From Macrostomum hystrix (taxonomy: Eukaryota; Animalia; Platyhelminthes): a stretch of 64,000 nt of DNA. Made by a program: the position numbers and the translations under genes. The DNA is taken from NCBI GenBank assembly GCA_950097015.1, contig CATNEN010000005.1, forward strand, positions 5,394,001 through 5,458,000, given 5' to 3'. Positions 1-13,803 of the stretch are shown piece by piece. How positions within the stretch are numbered: position 1 is the first letter of the stretch; each line of letters starts with the position of its first letter. Below the pieces are notes generated by a model that saw only the letters and a list, made by a program, of their open reading frames with translations, searched no databases and was not told the DNA's origin.

Positions 1-107
1 TACAGAAAGAAAAAAATGTGGGTGTTTGAAGTATCACCGTAGCCTTTCTACTGTTAAGCGTTGGTACCAGACTGTCAAGATATCATTAAATAACTTTTTT
101 TCATCAG

Positions 108-3100
108 GGCTTGGCCCAATCGGGCAGCTGGGGCTGCTTCGACGAGTTCAACCGCATCGAGCTTCCGGTGCTGTCCGTGGCAGCTCAGCAGATCGCCATT
201 GTGCTCCATTGCAAGAAGGAGCGCAGGAAGCAGTTCATTTTCACCGACGGCGACCTGGTCGATTTGAGTCCGGAGTTCGGCATCTTCCTGACCATGAACC
301 CGGGCTATGCTGGACGTCAGGAGCTGCCTGAGAACCTAAAGATCAACTTCCGCACCGTGGCCATGATGGTGCCAGACAGGCAGATTATCATCCGAGTGAA
401 GCTGGCTTCCGTCGGCTTCATCGACAACGTAGTGCTGGCCAGAAAGTTCTTCACGCTTTACAAGCTGTGCGAGGAACAGCTCACGAAGCAGGTGAGTTTT
501 CGGGCTGCCGCAAGTCAAGTCAGGAATGCACGAATTGAGCAATTGAGATTCGTGCTGATCGACTTATCGAGAAAATGAAATTATCGATAGCTAATTAAAC
601 TAACTGTCGTTTGGTGTTGCTGTCGTTTAGGACGCAACACTCGCCTTTTTTATAGAAAAACATGTAAAAGCCACTTTTCTCGAAAAGTAAATATCCCGAA
701 GAGTGTTAGTGTATGTTATCGTCATACCTTGGAAGCATATGGTTGAAAAGTATTGTGTGTTCATCAGGCACACAAAACTCCCACTTCTAGACAATGGGGA
801 ACAATTGCCTAGGAATTCATAACAGTCACGTGACAACTACTGCAGTTGCTACTTCTTCCTTGGTAGTGAGTGGTTCGTAGTCTTCTGGGTCCTTGTAATC
901 CGGCGGTTCTTCTTCTCCTTGTTCCGGACGACCGTGAAGTTTCGGGTCTGTTGCTTCTTTAGTCTTTGTAGTCTTATTGTCTTCTTTGTCTTCCTGGCAG
1001 CTGCTAGTCGATCCTGTCTGTTGCGCTTAAATTTGTCCGTTGGCCAATAAAGGACGAGAGAGAATCAGATCATTTGTCGGTTTCCTTGAGCTCGGAATTC
1101 ACAATAGAAACGTGCGCCCTAGTGAACAATTGAAATCTCTCTTGTGTCTCTTTAAAAGGTCCTCCTGAAGGGCGTCTTCTTCGTTACCTCCGAGAGACAA
1201 CGGATAACTCAAATCAATCAATCACTAATCCTCTAGGAATGTATCCTAGGAAACAGGGGGGCCTTTCTCAAATGTATCGACGATATGTGGCTCTCGTAAA
1301 ATTAGTTCAATTCAACAACGATTGCTAGCAATAAATAACTCTGTCTAGTAAAGCGCTTACCACCTGTCTTTCCCTCAGAGATGAGTCCTCTTCTCCGTAA
1401 AGCTGTCTGAATTTTTTAGCTCGGATTTTCGATAGTAAAAGTTTGGGAGAACCGGTTTAGGACCGGGTGTTTACTTAGGGCATACATGCTTGCATAGCGA
1501 GGTCAAGCTTGTTTGTTAATCTGCATTCTTGGGTTTTTAAGGTGAGCATTACCATGTATAGGAGTATGAGCAATACAGCTGTCGAGAACCGTTTTTCCGG
1601 CTTCAAGTCACATGACTTTGTTTGCATATGAGTCATCATGACTCATTCCTAAAAATAGAGTAAAAGTTATAGCTTAGGTTTCCTTGTGTTATTACTTTAA
1701 GTAGCGCGTTAAACAAATGGCATATTTTACTACTTTTTACAGGGTAACACACTAGCTATAAGACTATGCTATTAGTAAGCCCTGAATGCTATAATATAAT
1801 ATAAGGTGGGATAATTTTATAGGTTCCCGCAAAAGAAGCACCTTTCCGTTAAAAAAAGGAATCGTTTCGAAAAGTGAAAATAGAAGTAGATTTCGATGTA
1901 CATTTAGGTCCATTACGATTTCGGACTGAGAAACATACTGTCGGTTCTGCGGACTCTGGGCGAGGCGAGGCGCGCCAATCCGGCGGAATCGGAGCAGTCA
2001 ACAATGATGCGCGTTCTCAGGGACATGAACATGTCCAAGCTGGTGGATGAAGACGACCCGCTGTTTATGTCGCTCATCGACGACATATTTCCTGGTTAGT
2101 GATAATTTATGAGCTCTGAAGCCTAAATATTAAACTTAAAAAATTATTAGCAAGCCTTCCATAATGTTCTCCGCAGGCTTGAGGCTTGACAAGGCCGTCT
2201 ATGAAGATTTGGAGAAGGCCATCCACAATCAAGTGCAAGAGGCGGGTCTCATCAACTGGGACTCCTGGAACCTGAAGCTCATACAGCTGTTCGAGACGCA
2301 GCGGGTTCGTCACGGCATGATGACGCTGGGCCCGTCCGGAGCTGGTAAGACCTGCTGCATCCACACGCTGATGAAGGCAATGGCTGACTGCGGCGAGCCG
2401 CACAGGGAGCTGCGGATGAACCCCAAGGCCATCACCGCGCCGCAGATGTTCGGCCGGCTCGACGTTGCCACCAACGACTGGACTGACGGCATTTTCTCCA
2501 CTCTGTGGCGTCGAACCCTGAAGGCCAAGAAGGGCGAACACATCTGGCTGGTGCTGGACGGTCCCGTAGATGCCATCTGGATTGAGAACCTCAACTCTGT
2601 GCTGGACGATAACAAGACACTCACACTGGCCAACGGAGACCGCATCCCCATGGCACCCAACTGCAAGATCATCTTCGAAGTGCACAACATTGACAACGCT
2701 TCGCCTGCCACCGTGTCCCGCAACGGCATGGTGTACATGTCCAGCTCCGGCCTGACCTGGAGCCCACTGCTCAGCGGCTGGCTGCTCAAGCGACCGGAGT
2801 TCGAGCGCCGCTATCTGTTTCCTCTCTTTGAAGATTCTTTTGCTAAAATTATGCGATTTGCGACCCAATTTCTGACTTTTAAAATGAGCGTCCTGGAAGC
2901 TTTCATTGTGCGTCAGTGCTGCGATCTGCTAGAGGGTCTAATTCCTGAGCGAGATGAGAAGGACGCTATCCCCGGCCCAGACGTGTACAAGCGGCTGTAC
3001 GTCTTTGTCTTGATGTGGTCCGTAGGCGCCCTTCTAGAATGGGATGATCGGACTAAACTTGAGCAGCAGTTGCGAAAGCTGGGCCTAGACCTTCCAAAGA

Positions 3101-6100
3101 TTGATAACTCCGACAGCACAATGTTCGATTTCTTCGTGGGCCGCACTGGCGAATGGAAGCACTGGGAAAAAGAAATCGAGGAGTTTACGTATCCGAAGGA
3201 CAGTACGCCAGAGTACGGATCTATCCTAGTGCCAAATGTCGACAATGTGCGAACTGAGTTCCTGATTCGCACCATTCACAAACAGGGGAAGCAGGTGCTG
3301 CTCATAGGTGAGCAGGGCACTGCTAAAACCGTGCTCATCAACAAGTTCCTCGCCCAGTTCGACCCGGAAGTGCACATGAAGAAGGCGCTTAACTTTTCAA
3401 GCGCAACGACGCCGATGATGTTTCAGCGGACAATTGAGAGCTACGTTGACAAGCGCATGGGGTCCACCTTCGGACCGCCAGCTGGTCGAAAGATGACTGT
3501 CTTCATCGACGACATCAATATGCCGATGATCAACGAGTGGGGCGATCAGACAGCTAACGAAATTGTCCGTCAGCTAATGGAGACCTCCGGCTTCTACAGC
3601 TTAGAGAAGCCAGGCGAGTTCACGACGATTGTGGACCTGCAGATCGTTGGCGCCATGATTCATCCTGGAGGAGGCCGGAACGACATTCCCCAGCGCCTGA
3701 AGCGAAGATTCAACATCTTCAACTGCACCTTGCCGTCGAATTCTAGCATCGATAAGATTTTTAGCGCGATTGGCTGCGGTCACTTCTGCAAGGAGCGTGG
3801 ATTCCCTGAGGAGGTTCAGAGTCTCGTGGCGAGTCTGGTGCCGCTCACCAGACGCCTGTGGCAACAGACTAAGAACAAGATGCTGCCAACGCCGGCCAAG
3901 TTTCATTATGTTTTCAATCTGCGAGACCTCAGCCGCATCTGGCAGGGCATCATCAGCACGGATAGCGAAGTGGTCAACAGTCCGAGCGTCCTGCTCAGCC
4001 TCTGGAAGCATGAGTGCTGCCGAGTGATCTCTGACAGGTAATTATCACAAAAGTGGAACTAACTGATCATTCGCAAGGCTACATTTCACTGATAACGTCA
4101 TTCCAGATTCGTGAGCCCTGATGAGGCATCATGGTTCGAGAAAACCACTGTCAGGGTTGTTCGAGACGGCTTGAGTGAGGCCCACGTGCCCGCGGTGGAG
4201 GGCGCGGCATTTTTCGCCAATTTTCTCAGGTACTTAAAAGCGATTGCACGTTTTCGTCACAGCTTTGTAATCTTCTAAATCTAAAATACTTCAAGCATTT
4301 GAACTGCCTAAAATTTCAGAGATCTTCCCGAAGCCACAGGCGAGGAGCCAGAAGACGCGGTGATTGAGGTCCCAAGAGTCTACGAGCCAGTAAGTTCGAG
4401 TCCAGAAAATATTTTTTCAAGTTTCTGTAGACATTCTAAGGCATATTGGTCTATATTAAACTTGCAGATTCCATCGTTCGAGTTCCTGAGCGACAGGCTG
4501 GACAATTTCCTCGGACAATACAACGAGAACATTCGCGGCGCTGGCATGGAATTGGTCTTCTTCCGCGACGCGATGACTCACCTGCTGAAAATCTCGCGAA
4601 TCATCAGCACGCCAAGGGGCAACGCTCTGTTAGTTGGGGTTGGTGGCTCCGGCAAGCAGTCGCTGACCAGGCTTGCATCCTTCATCGCAGGCTACAATAC
4701 CTTTCAAATCACGCTCACGAGATCCTACAATGTCACAAACTTGATGGAGGATCTTAAGTTTCTGTATAGAACCGCTGGTCAGCAGGGCAAGGGAGTGACA
4801 TTTCTGTTCACTGACAACGAAATCAAAGACGAGAGCTTCCTCGAGTACCTCAACAATGTCCTCGCCTCTGGAATTGTGCCGAATCTGTTTCAGAGAGAAG
4901 AGATGGACGAAATCTGCCAAGAACTGGTTGCTGTTATGAAGAAGGAATATCCAAAACGACCACCAACCAACGAGAACCTGCAAGAGTACTTCTATTCCAG
5001 GACCAAGCAGAACCTGCACGTTGTACTTTGCTTCTCCCCAGTGGGTGAGAAGTTTCGCAGTCGAGCGCTGAAGTTTCCAGCTTTAATCTCCGGCTGCACA
5101 GTCGACTGGTTCCAGCGATGGCCTCGAGACGCGCTTATCGCTGTGGCTGACCGATTTCTGTCCAAGTTTCCGATTGACTGCTCGGATAGCATCAAGAGCC
5201 AGATAATTGAAACAATGGGCGTTGTCCACGACGGAGTGGCAAAAAGCTGTGGCGAATACTTTCATATGTACCGCCGTAACACTCACGTAACACCGAAGTC
5301 ATACCTCAGCTTCCTGCAAGGCTACAAGGAGATCTACACGCGCAAGCAGCTGCACTATGGCGACCTAGCAGAGAGAATGGACACTGGCCTGCAGAAGCTG
5401 CTTGAAGCTCAGGAGTCCGTAAGAATCTTGAGTTTAGAGCTGGTTGACAAGGAGAAAGAGTTGGCTGCCGCCAGCAAAGCGGCCGAGGAAGTGCTCAAGA
5501 TTGTCGCCATTGAACAGCGCGAAGCGCAGGAGATAAAAAACACCGTCCAGTCAGTAAAGGATCGTGCTCAGGCCCTTGTTGAGTCCATCGCTCAGGACAA
5601 GGCTTTCGCTGAGACCAAGCTGGAGGCCGCTCGACCCGCACTAGAAGCAGCCGCTGAAGCACTGAACACCATCAAACCTACGGACATCGCCACCGTGAGA
5701 AGGCTTGGCAGTCCGCCGCATCTGATCATGCGCATTATGGACTGCGTTCTGATTCTATTCCAGCGACGCTTGGACTCAGTTGAGAAGGATCCTGAAAGGC
5801 CATGCGTGAAGCCAAGCTGGGCTGAGTCACTGAAGCTCATGTCCAATGCTGCTTTCCTGGGTATGCTAATGCAGTTTGCGAAGGATTCCATTAATGAAGA
5901 GAGCATCGAGCTGCTCATGCCTTACCTAGAAATGGAGGACTACAACATGGACATGGCAAAGAGAGTCTGCGGCAACGTTGCCGGCCTGCTCTCCTGGACC
6001 AAGGCGATGCAGGAGTTCTTCTGGATCAACAAGGAGGTCGTGCCGCTGAAGGACAATCTAGCGAAGCAAGAAATTCGCCTAAAAAAGGCCAACGAGGACT

Positions 6101-9100
6101 TGATCGCTGCCCAAGCGACCCTCGACGAAAAGGAAGTCGAGTTAGCGAAGGTCCGGGCAGTCTACGAGGAGGCGATGCGTAAAAAGCAGATTCTTGAAGA
6201 CGATGCGGCAACTTGTCGCAGGAAGATGAGCGCCGCCGAGCAGCTGATCACCGGCCTGGCAGACGAGAAAGAGCGCTGGACTCGCCAGAGCAAAGAGTAC
6301 AGGTCTCAAATCGGCAGACTGGTTGGCGACGTCCTCATGGCCACCGCGTTTCTGTCCTACTCGGGCCCGTTCAACCAGGACTTCCGGCTGCTGCTGAACA
6401 AGAACTGGAGGAGACTCTTGCAGGAAAAGAAGATTCCGTACAGTGAAAGTCTCAACCTCATCGATATGCTAGTAGAAGCCACTACTATTGCAGAGTGGAA
6501 CCTGCAGGGTTTGCCAAACGATGAACTGAGCACAGAGAATGGCATCATTGTTACACAGGCAAGCCGCTATCCTCTGCTGATTGATCCACAGGGACAGGGA
6601 AAGATATGGATCAAAAATAAGGAGTCAGCTATGGATCTCCAAATCACAACGCTCAATCACAAGTACTTCCGACAGCATGTTGAAGACGCCCTGTCTCTGG
6701 GTCGGCCGCTTCTGATTGAAGACGTCGGTGAAGAGCTAGACCCTGCTCTGGACAACATTCTCGACAAGAATTTCATCAAGCAAGGCTCGAGAAAGAAAGT
6801 GAAAGTTGGCGACAAAGAGATCGATGTAATGTCCGGGTTTTACTTGTACATGACTACGAAGCTTCCGAACCCCGCCTATACGCCAGAAGTATACGCTAGG
6901 GCAAGCATTATCGACTTCACCGTGACAATGAAGGGCCTGGAGGATCAACTGCTCGGTCGTGTCATAAAGACTGAGAAATCTGATCTGGAAGATCAACGAG
7001 TACTCCTAATGGAGAATGTCACAAGGAACAACAAGCAAATGAAGGCATTGGAAGATACTCTCCTGTTCCGTCTCACTAGCGCGCAGGGTTCTTTGGTGGA
7101 TGATGAGAAGCTGATCAACGTTTTGAAGGAGACAAAAGTGACATCGAATGAAGTTCGACAGCAGATTGAAACTGCGAAGGAAACTCAGGAGCAAATTGCT
7201 GTTGCGAGAGAAGAATTCCGTCCTGTTGCTTCAAGAGGCTCTATTTTGTACTTTCTTATCACAGAGATGTCCATGGTCAATGTGATGTATCAGACGTCTT
7301 TAAGACAGTTCCTCGGTCTTTTTGACCTGTCGATGGAGTGCTCCACCAAATCACCGGTTAACTCTAAGCGCATTGCGAACATTATCGAATACATGACATC
7401 GTTTATATGGAGGTACATTATCCGAGGCCTGTACGAAATCGACAAGCTGACATTCACTCTTTTGCTGGCTTTAAAGATTGACATGCACTCAAAAAAGATT
7501 AAGCGAGAGGAATTTCAGACTCTAATCAAAGGCGGCGCGTCCCTCGATCTGAACGTTGTGCAACCAAAGCCTTACAAATGGATCCTTGACTCAACCTGGC
7601 TTAACCTTGTTGAGCTGTCGAATCTGCACCAGTTCTCCGGTATTCTAGACCAGATCTCTCGAAGCGAAAAGATCTGGAAGCAATGGTTTGACCAGGAGGC
7701 TCCCGAAGAGGCTTTAATACCTGACGGATACAGCGTCGCACTGGACTCATTCAGGCGCTTGCTGCTCATCAGGTCCTGGTGCCCGGACCGCACCATCTCT
7801 CAAGCTAAGAAGTACATTGCAGACAGTCTAGGAGAAAAATTCGCCGAAGGTGTCATTTTGGACGTAGAAGCAGTCTGGGAGGAGTCCGAGCCGCGAACGC
7901 CCATGGTTGGTCTGTTGTCGATGGGATCTGACCCGACGCCAAGCATCGAGCTACTAGCCAAGAAGCACAAAAAGGAATGCAGGATCATCTCCATGGGCCA
8001 GGGTCAGGAGGTTCACGCCAGGCGTCTGATGTCCAACTGCCTGCAGAATGGTGGCTGGGTGCTGCTGCAGAATTGCCATCTGTCGCTAGACTACGTCGTG
8101 GAATTAATGGACCATCTGCTTGATGCTGAAACAGTGCACGATGATTTTAGTCTGTGGGTCACCTCCGAAGTGCATCCGAAGTTCCCAATCGCTTTCCTCC
8201 AGCAGTCCATCAAGTTCACTAACGAGCCGCCTCAGGGAGTGAAGGCAGGCCTGAAGCGAACCTTCACCAGCTTCACTCAGGACTTCCTGGACATCAGCAA
8301 CATGCCGCAGTGGCGCCCGATGCTCTACGGTGTTGCCTTCCTGCACACAGTCGTCCAAGAACGTCGAAAGTTCGGCCCGATCGGTTGGAATATTCCCTAC
8401 GAGTTCAACACCGCTGACTTAAATGCAAGCATCCAGTTCGTGCAGAACCACCTTGACGATGTTGACCTCAAGAAGGGCGTCACCTGGAGTACCGTCAAAT
8501 ATATGCTTGGCGAGATCCAGTACGGCGGCAGGGTTACCGACGACTTCGACAAGATTTTGCTCAACACCTTCTGCAAGGTCTGGTTCTCCGAGAAGATGTT
8601 CGAGCCAACTTTCGAGTTCTACAAAGGCTACAGCATTCCGAAGTTCGCCAAGCTCAACGAGTACCTCGAGTATATTCAGAACCTGCCCGGATATGACACG
8701 CCGCAGGTGTTCGGCCTGCACGCCAACGCTGACATCAGCTACCAGGGCCGCACCACTAAGACCATTCTGGACTGCATCCTCAGCATTCAGCCGAAGGACT
8801 CTGGTGGCGGCTCAGGTGAAACTCGCGAGTCTGTGGTGTACAAGCAGGCCGAGGACCTCCTAGAGAAGCTGCCGAGTGACTATGTGCCGTTCGAGGTGCG
8901 TGAGCGGTTGAAGAAAATGGGCGAGCTGCAGCCGATGAACATCTTCCTCAGGCAGGAGGTGGACCGGATGCAGCGCGTCATCTCTGCCGTGAGAACCACG
9001 CTGACAGATCTCAAGCTGGCAATCGACGGCACCATCATCATGAACGAGAACCTGCGCGATGCTCTGGACTCCATGTACGACGCCAAGATACCGAAGGTGT

Positions 9101-9642
9101 GGAGCAAGATCTCCTGGGACTCTTCCGCTCTCGGATTCTGGTTCACGGAGCTGATCAACCGGAACCAGCAGTTCCACACCTGGGTGTTTTCCGGCCGACC
9201 CAACTGCTTCTGGATGACCGGCTTCTTCAATCCGCAGGGCTTCCTGACTGCCATGCGCCAGGAGGTGACGCGCGCCCACAAGGGCTGGGCGCTGGACAGC
9301 GTCCTGCTGCACAATGATGTCACCACGATGCACTTGCCAGATGTGAAGGAGCCGCCAATGGAGGGCGTTTACGTTCACGGCCTGTTCCTCGAGGGCGCCG
9401 GCTGGGACCGCAGAAACAGTCGCCTGACGGAGGCCCGGCCGAAGATCCTCAACGAGCAGCTGCCTGTGGTGCACATCTACGCCATCAACGAAGCAACCAA
9501 AGACGACAGGGTCTACCTGTGCCCGATCTACAAGAAGCCACGACGCACCGATCTTACCTACGTGGCTACAATCAGGCTCAAGACGGGCATGTCTGCCGAA
9601 CATTGGGTGATGCGCGGTGTGGCCCTTCTGTGCGACGTTTGA
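108..9642 (+). CDS. DNAH5: Axonemal outer-arm dynein heavy chain, DNAH5/DNAH8 class (5'-partial). Exons 108-491, 1908-2094, 2177-4037, 4107-4229, 4320-4389, 4468-9642
   Basis: AAA1 motifs [11 protein letters not shown] and HYDFGLRN; P-loops [24 protein letters not shown]; microtubule-binding domain [30 protein letters not shown]; C-terminus [12 protein letters not shown]. All five introns are GT-AG with matching phases. DNAH5 versus DNAH8 cannot be resolved without a tree. Confidence 0.95.
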
Positions 9643-10353
9643 AAACTTTTCTTTCTGTTAAAACAAATTCTTGTTTTTTAATCATTCTTAGAAGTTTTTT
9701 ACTTTCTGTGGCTTGAAGAAACACATTCTATCATAGCAACAGACTACTGATGCAGTGATTACAAAACGAGTGAAAAGGCTTTTAAGTTTAGTCGATGATT
9801 TTGTAGAATTTCCTTTATCGTATGATAACTGTATTGCAAGGACTCTCGGAGTATTTGGTGATTCAAAATTTTAGAGGATTTCTAAAACTTTACTGTATCA
9901 CATGAGTTTTAAAGCCACATAAAGTGCTAAAGTCTTAAAAAAAACTTTTTTTATTTTTCTTTTTAAGTAAGTCTCTTCTCAACGAAGAATACTAACTGTT
10001 TAGCATTCAATGGACTTTGCACTAGACTAAATGAACGAACAAAAACCAATTATTTGTGATTTCTTATATTTCTATATTTTTACATTCGATTTTAAAAACA
10101 TTTTGTTTTCGAGCTACGTTCAAAAATGATTTCTAGAGTTTTCAAAAATCCATATTCAAATATAGTGATAACGCTTGGATTATCGTAAGGGCTTTTTTCA
10201 ATTGAATATTTAAATATGTTTTTCTATGCCTTATGTTTTACTTTTTGCACTAGAGCAAACCAGAGAGACTAGATACCAAACTTTTTGTAAATCACACGGA
10301 CTAACAAATTAATGAGTATAGTCTTGTTTTCCACGTGGTTCAGATTGTTAAAT

Positions 10354-11620
10354 TTATTCCCAGGCTTCCATATCTCTTGGACATGATCGCATGTCGACCA
10401 TTTCTGTGGCAAATCGACTGCAATGCCTAGCAGCGGCCGTCTCGTCAGTCACTACTGCCGACTTGTCCGATGATCCGGATGCGGTGAGTTCTACTAACAG
10501 CCTCCTCTTGGACCAGAGACAGGTATTAGCAACAACTCCAACATTGATCAGTAGAAAAGCGACGCAGGCGAGATGAAATGAGTAGCCAAAATTGTAGGTA
10601 CAAATTGGCGGATGATTTGGTCCACCGTGGTCTGACTGGTTCGTCATCTCAGTTTCGGCGTCGTTTAGGCCTTCGAAATCCACCGCGCCAAGAAAGTGGA
10701 GAAAGCCGGCTCCCAGTGAGATGGCTGTGGAGAAGAAAACGCATAGACTGCACAATTAGTTCTCCAACCTAGATATTATATATCTTTAGACGCGTCTAAT
10801 TATAAATAAAAACAGATAAGCGTACAGGACAAGCCAAGCAGACATCCGCTAGCGATGTGACAGTGAAGAGCAACAGCAGCAGAAGTTGAGCCCACAATCA
10901 TTGCTCCTGGAAGCATTAACAATGGCGAAAGGCAGATTGCGGCGGCTAGACAGATGGCGCTAGCGGTGTAGAATGGCATGCCGCATTTGTAGTTCTCTGA
11001 ATGAGCGTAATTTAAATTCAGCGCCGTTTTGTCTCATCATTACTCGCCAGATACCGTACGTATAGGCACATCTGCCATGAGTTTCTCATCGTTAGGCGCC
11101 CCATCCATATTAATATGGCCTCGCCGTGGAATGGTGCTTATGGACCTCGGCATGAGGGAAGCGCGTTAACCGCGTTAACCCTCCTACTTCACTCTTCACT
11201 CTTAAAAAATGGGGTCTAGTATTGCTAGTTGCATATACTAAAGTGCCTTAATTCAATTTTTAGTAGGTAAATCGGCAACTCACCAATCAATGAGAATGTT
11301 GTCATCGGCTCAGTGAACTGTTCATAGTGGAGCTGCAATCGCAGATTGCCGTAGTCGATCGAGTCACATTTAGGTTCGCCGCCCTCAACAATGAGGCCGT
11401 CGATTTGGAGTTCAATTGTTGAACAGAACCGCCAGAATCCTGCATAGGTGATCAGTTTAGACCGCGAGTTATCTTTCAGCAGTTCCTGCACTTCTATCCA
11501 TCGCGGTGATACCAATGCCACCGCCAGTGTGACTGCCGCTATCAATTCCGCTGTCATCAAGCTGACAAACTCGAAGGGAAATTTTGCTTTTGTTTTCTGC
11601 TTTTTGGGCAAGCGTGCCAT
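10354..11620 (-). CDS. Four-TM claudin/PMP22/CACNG-superfamily membrane protein. Exons 11620-11284, 10996-~10826, ~10747-10354
   Basis: TM1 followed by W..-YAGFWRFC...C (the W-GLW-C-C claudin-type signature); hydrophobic TM2/TM3; YNFGYSFHLACVAF before TM4. The exon1/exon2 phases match; the exon2/exon3 junction is off by 1 nt (see findings). Confidence 0.75.
11127..11184 (-). mobile_element. Diverged head of the tRNA-derived SINE, in intron 1 of the claudin-like gene
   Basis: TGGCCTCGCCGTGGAATGGTGCTTATGGACCTCGG...GCGCGTTAACCGCG aligns by eye to the heads at 14417-14493 and 27900-27977. Confidence 0.5.
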
Positions 11621-13310
11621 TTGTTAACCGTGCCAAGTCTGAGTCTCCTTGCGGATTTTTGTTTCAATGACGATCAGAAGCTGCATACGATGTTTTATAT
11701 TCAGAGGCTAGAAAAACAGCAAAATTTTTTCTCAATTGAGGAGACATCTTAATGGACAACGTTGACACCAACCAAAAAATTCACAGATGTGTTTTGAATG
11801 AATGAATTATTCAAGAATCAAAATTTCTGCAACTGCGGCTCGGTTTTCAGAACGTATTTGCAGAACCAATCTAGTTCTTCGCTTTTTGACCTGAATGTCA
11901 CAGTTTCGATAAAAAAGCTGCATTCGACAATATTTGAAACATATTCAGCAGTGATGGGAGATTCTCGCTTGTAAAGATTTATCTTTATTTGTTGATTTTT
12001 GATAAACATAACATGGACCTTAACCTAAGTTTCATTATTTCTGTATCTTCCATAATATTCTATTAATCGCCACGCGAAAATCCAGAACATAGCTTAAAAT
12101 ATTCCGCTCATTGCGATGAAACAATTTCCAGAATCACAGAATCTCGTCAAGGTGTATAGTTGCAGAAACTACCAATAAAGGCACAATTTTTCTTCTCACA
12201 AAATTTCGTCATGTAATAATGTCGGGTAATTGTTGGTCATAAAGTATTGCTTATGTTATAGCTGTCCTTAATTTGTCACCAGGGTATTGGACAACAATAG
12301 CCGAATATCTGTTTTTGAAAGTTAGTTCACCGTAAAGGATTTGGACACATGTATAGTTAGAATTTCACGAAAATAGGTCATTCGGTTACTTAAAACAATG
12401 TGGTCTTCTAATTTATTCTACTTCTATGCATGCTTGAGTTGAGGTTAAGTGTATCGAGAAAATATTATTTACTTTAGGTAGTGTTTACAGGTAAATGTGA
12501 ACTTTAAATTTTATCTTATCTATCTTGATTGCAAAGGTACCAAGTGCCATTTCTTAAAGACGTGAGCAATTTATAGAAGGCAAATTAATGGCAGTTCAAA
12601 GTGCCTTTTTGCATAAGTAGTTAAATTTTAACGCTTCAGTGTCATTCTTACGAGGTAAGTGGTCTAAAAAAATAAAAAAATCTAAAATAAAGTGCTGTTA
12701 TGAATATCAAGATGATACAAACATACAGTTTTTTTTCTAAATAGTCACTCTTTATATTTATTGGAAGTGAAGATCATTAACAAAATTATCACAGAGGATT
12801 TTAGCAAAAATATCTAATTTAGTTATAAAGTTATAAAACAACTCTTGGTGAAAAAAATTGCAATACAAATTTACGAGAATCGTCAGTTAACAAAAAAAAC
12901 TTGCTATTGAACAAATCGTGGAGAAAATACGAGTTTGCTTGTCATTCTCATTTTGATGCATGTATTTAGAACATTTAAGAATCACGTGAATTGTAAAAAG
13001 TCAATTTGCGAATATGACATGAAATGAGATTTTTTTTCTATTTTGTCAACCATCTATTTTTGGTTGAAAATCTAAATAACAAGGAGTCATACAATGATAT
13101 AAAACATTTTGTTTAATACTGATAAAACAGTTTTCTCATAATCTACTTATATTTTAAAGTAGTAACACTAAGAAATAATTGGCTTAAAAATTCTGCCGAG
13201 GTAAAAGGAATAATTGATCGAAGTTTGAGTAAAATAATGATTGCAAAAATTATCTATTGATTAATTTATCACGCTCAAAAATTTTATTAGCATACTCATT
13301 TCAATTAAAT

Positions 13311-13610
13311 TTTACTGCCGTGGGGAGGAGTGAGGTTGCTGTTTACTGTCCAGGGGAGGAGTGAGGTGGCTGTTCGCTATCCTAGGGAAGGAGTGAGGTG
13401 GCTGTTCGCTATCCTAGGGAAGGAGTGAGGTGTCTGTTCGCTATCCTAGGGAAGGAGTGAGGTGGCTGTTCGCTATCCTAGGGAAGGAGTGAGGTGGCTT
13501 TTCGCTATCCTAGGGAAGGAGTGAGGTGGCTGTTCGCTATCCTAGGGAAGGAGTGAGGTTGCTGTTTACGGCCCAGGGTAGGAGTGACGTGGCTGTTCGC
13601 TACCCTACTG
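13311..13610. repeat. Minisatellite, 32-bp unit GGGAAGGAGTGAGGTGGCTGTTCGCTATCCTA, about 9 copies
   Basis: Direct tandem repeats with degenerate end units. Confidence 0.9.
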
Positions 13611-13803
13611 TGTAAGGAGCGATGTGGGGGTTTAAATAACCAAATAAATCAAACAGAAATGTCAAGCTTTACTTACTACTGGCTAGTACTCTATTAATAC
13701 TATTAATTCGTCTGACAAGCCTTACTTTATTAATAGACAAACGTTATTAAACGATAACAGGTTAATTAATATTGCGCCCAGGATTCAAATATTCAGAGCC
13801 CAG

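Noticed and set aside
2107-9603. Antisense and alternative-frame ORFs overlapping dynein, FBXL, LRAT-repeat and pol exons
   Set aside because: These are expected shadows of GC-rich coding sequence and show no recognisable motifs.
11818-12320. Short minus-strand ORF 11818-12009 and upstream frames as a gene
   Set aside because: Frames are broken by stops, with no consistent splice model or recognisable motif; possibly a decayed element, but unsupported.
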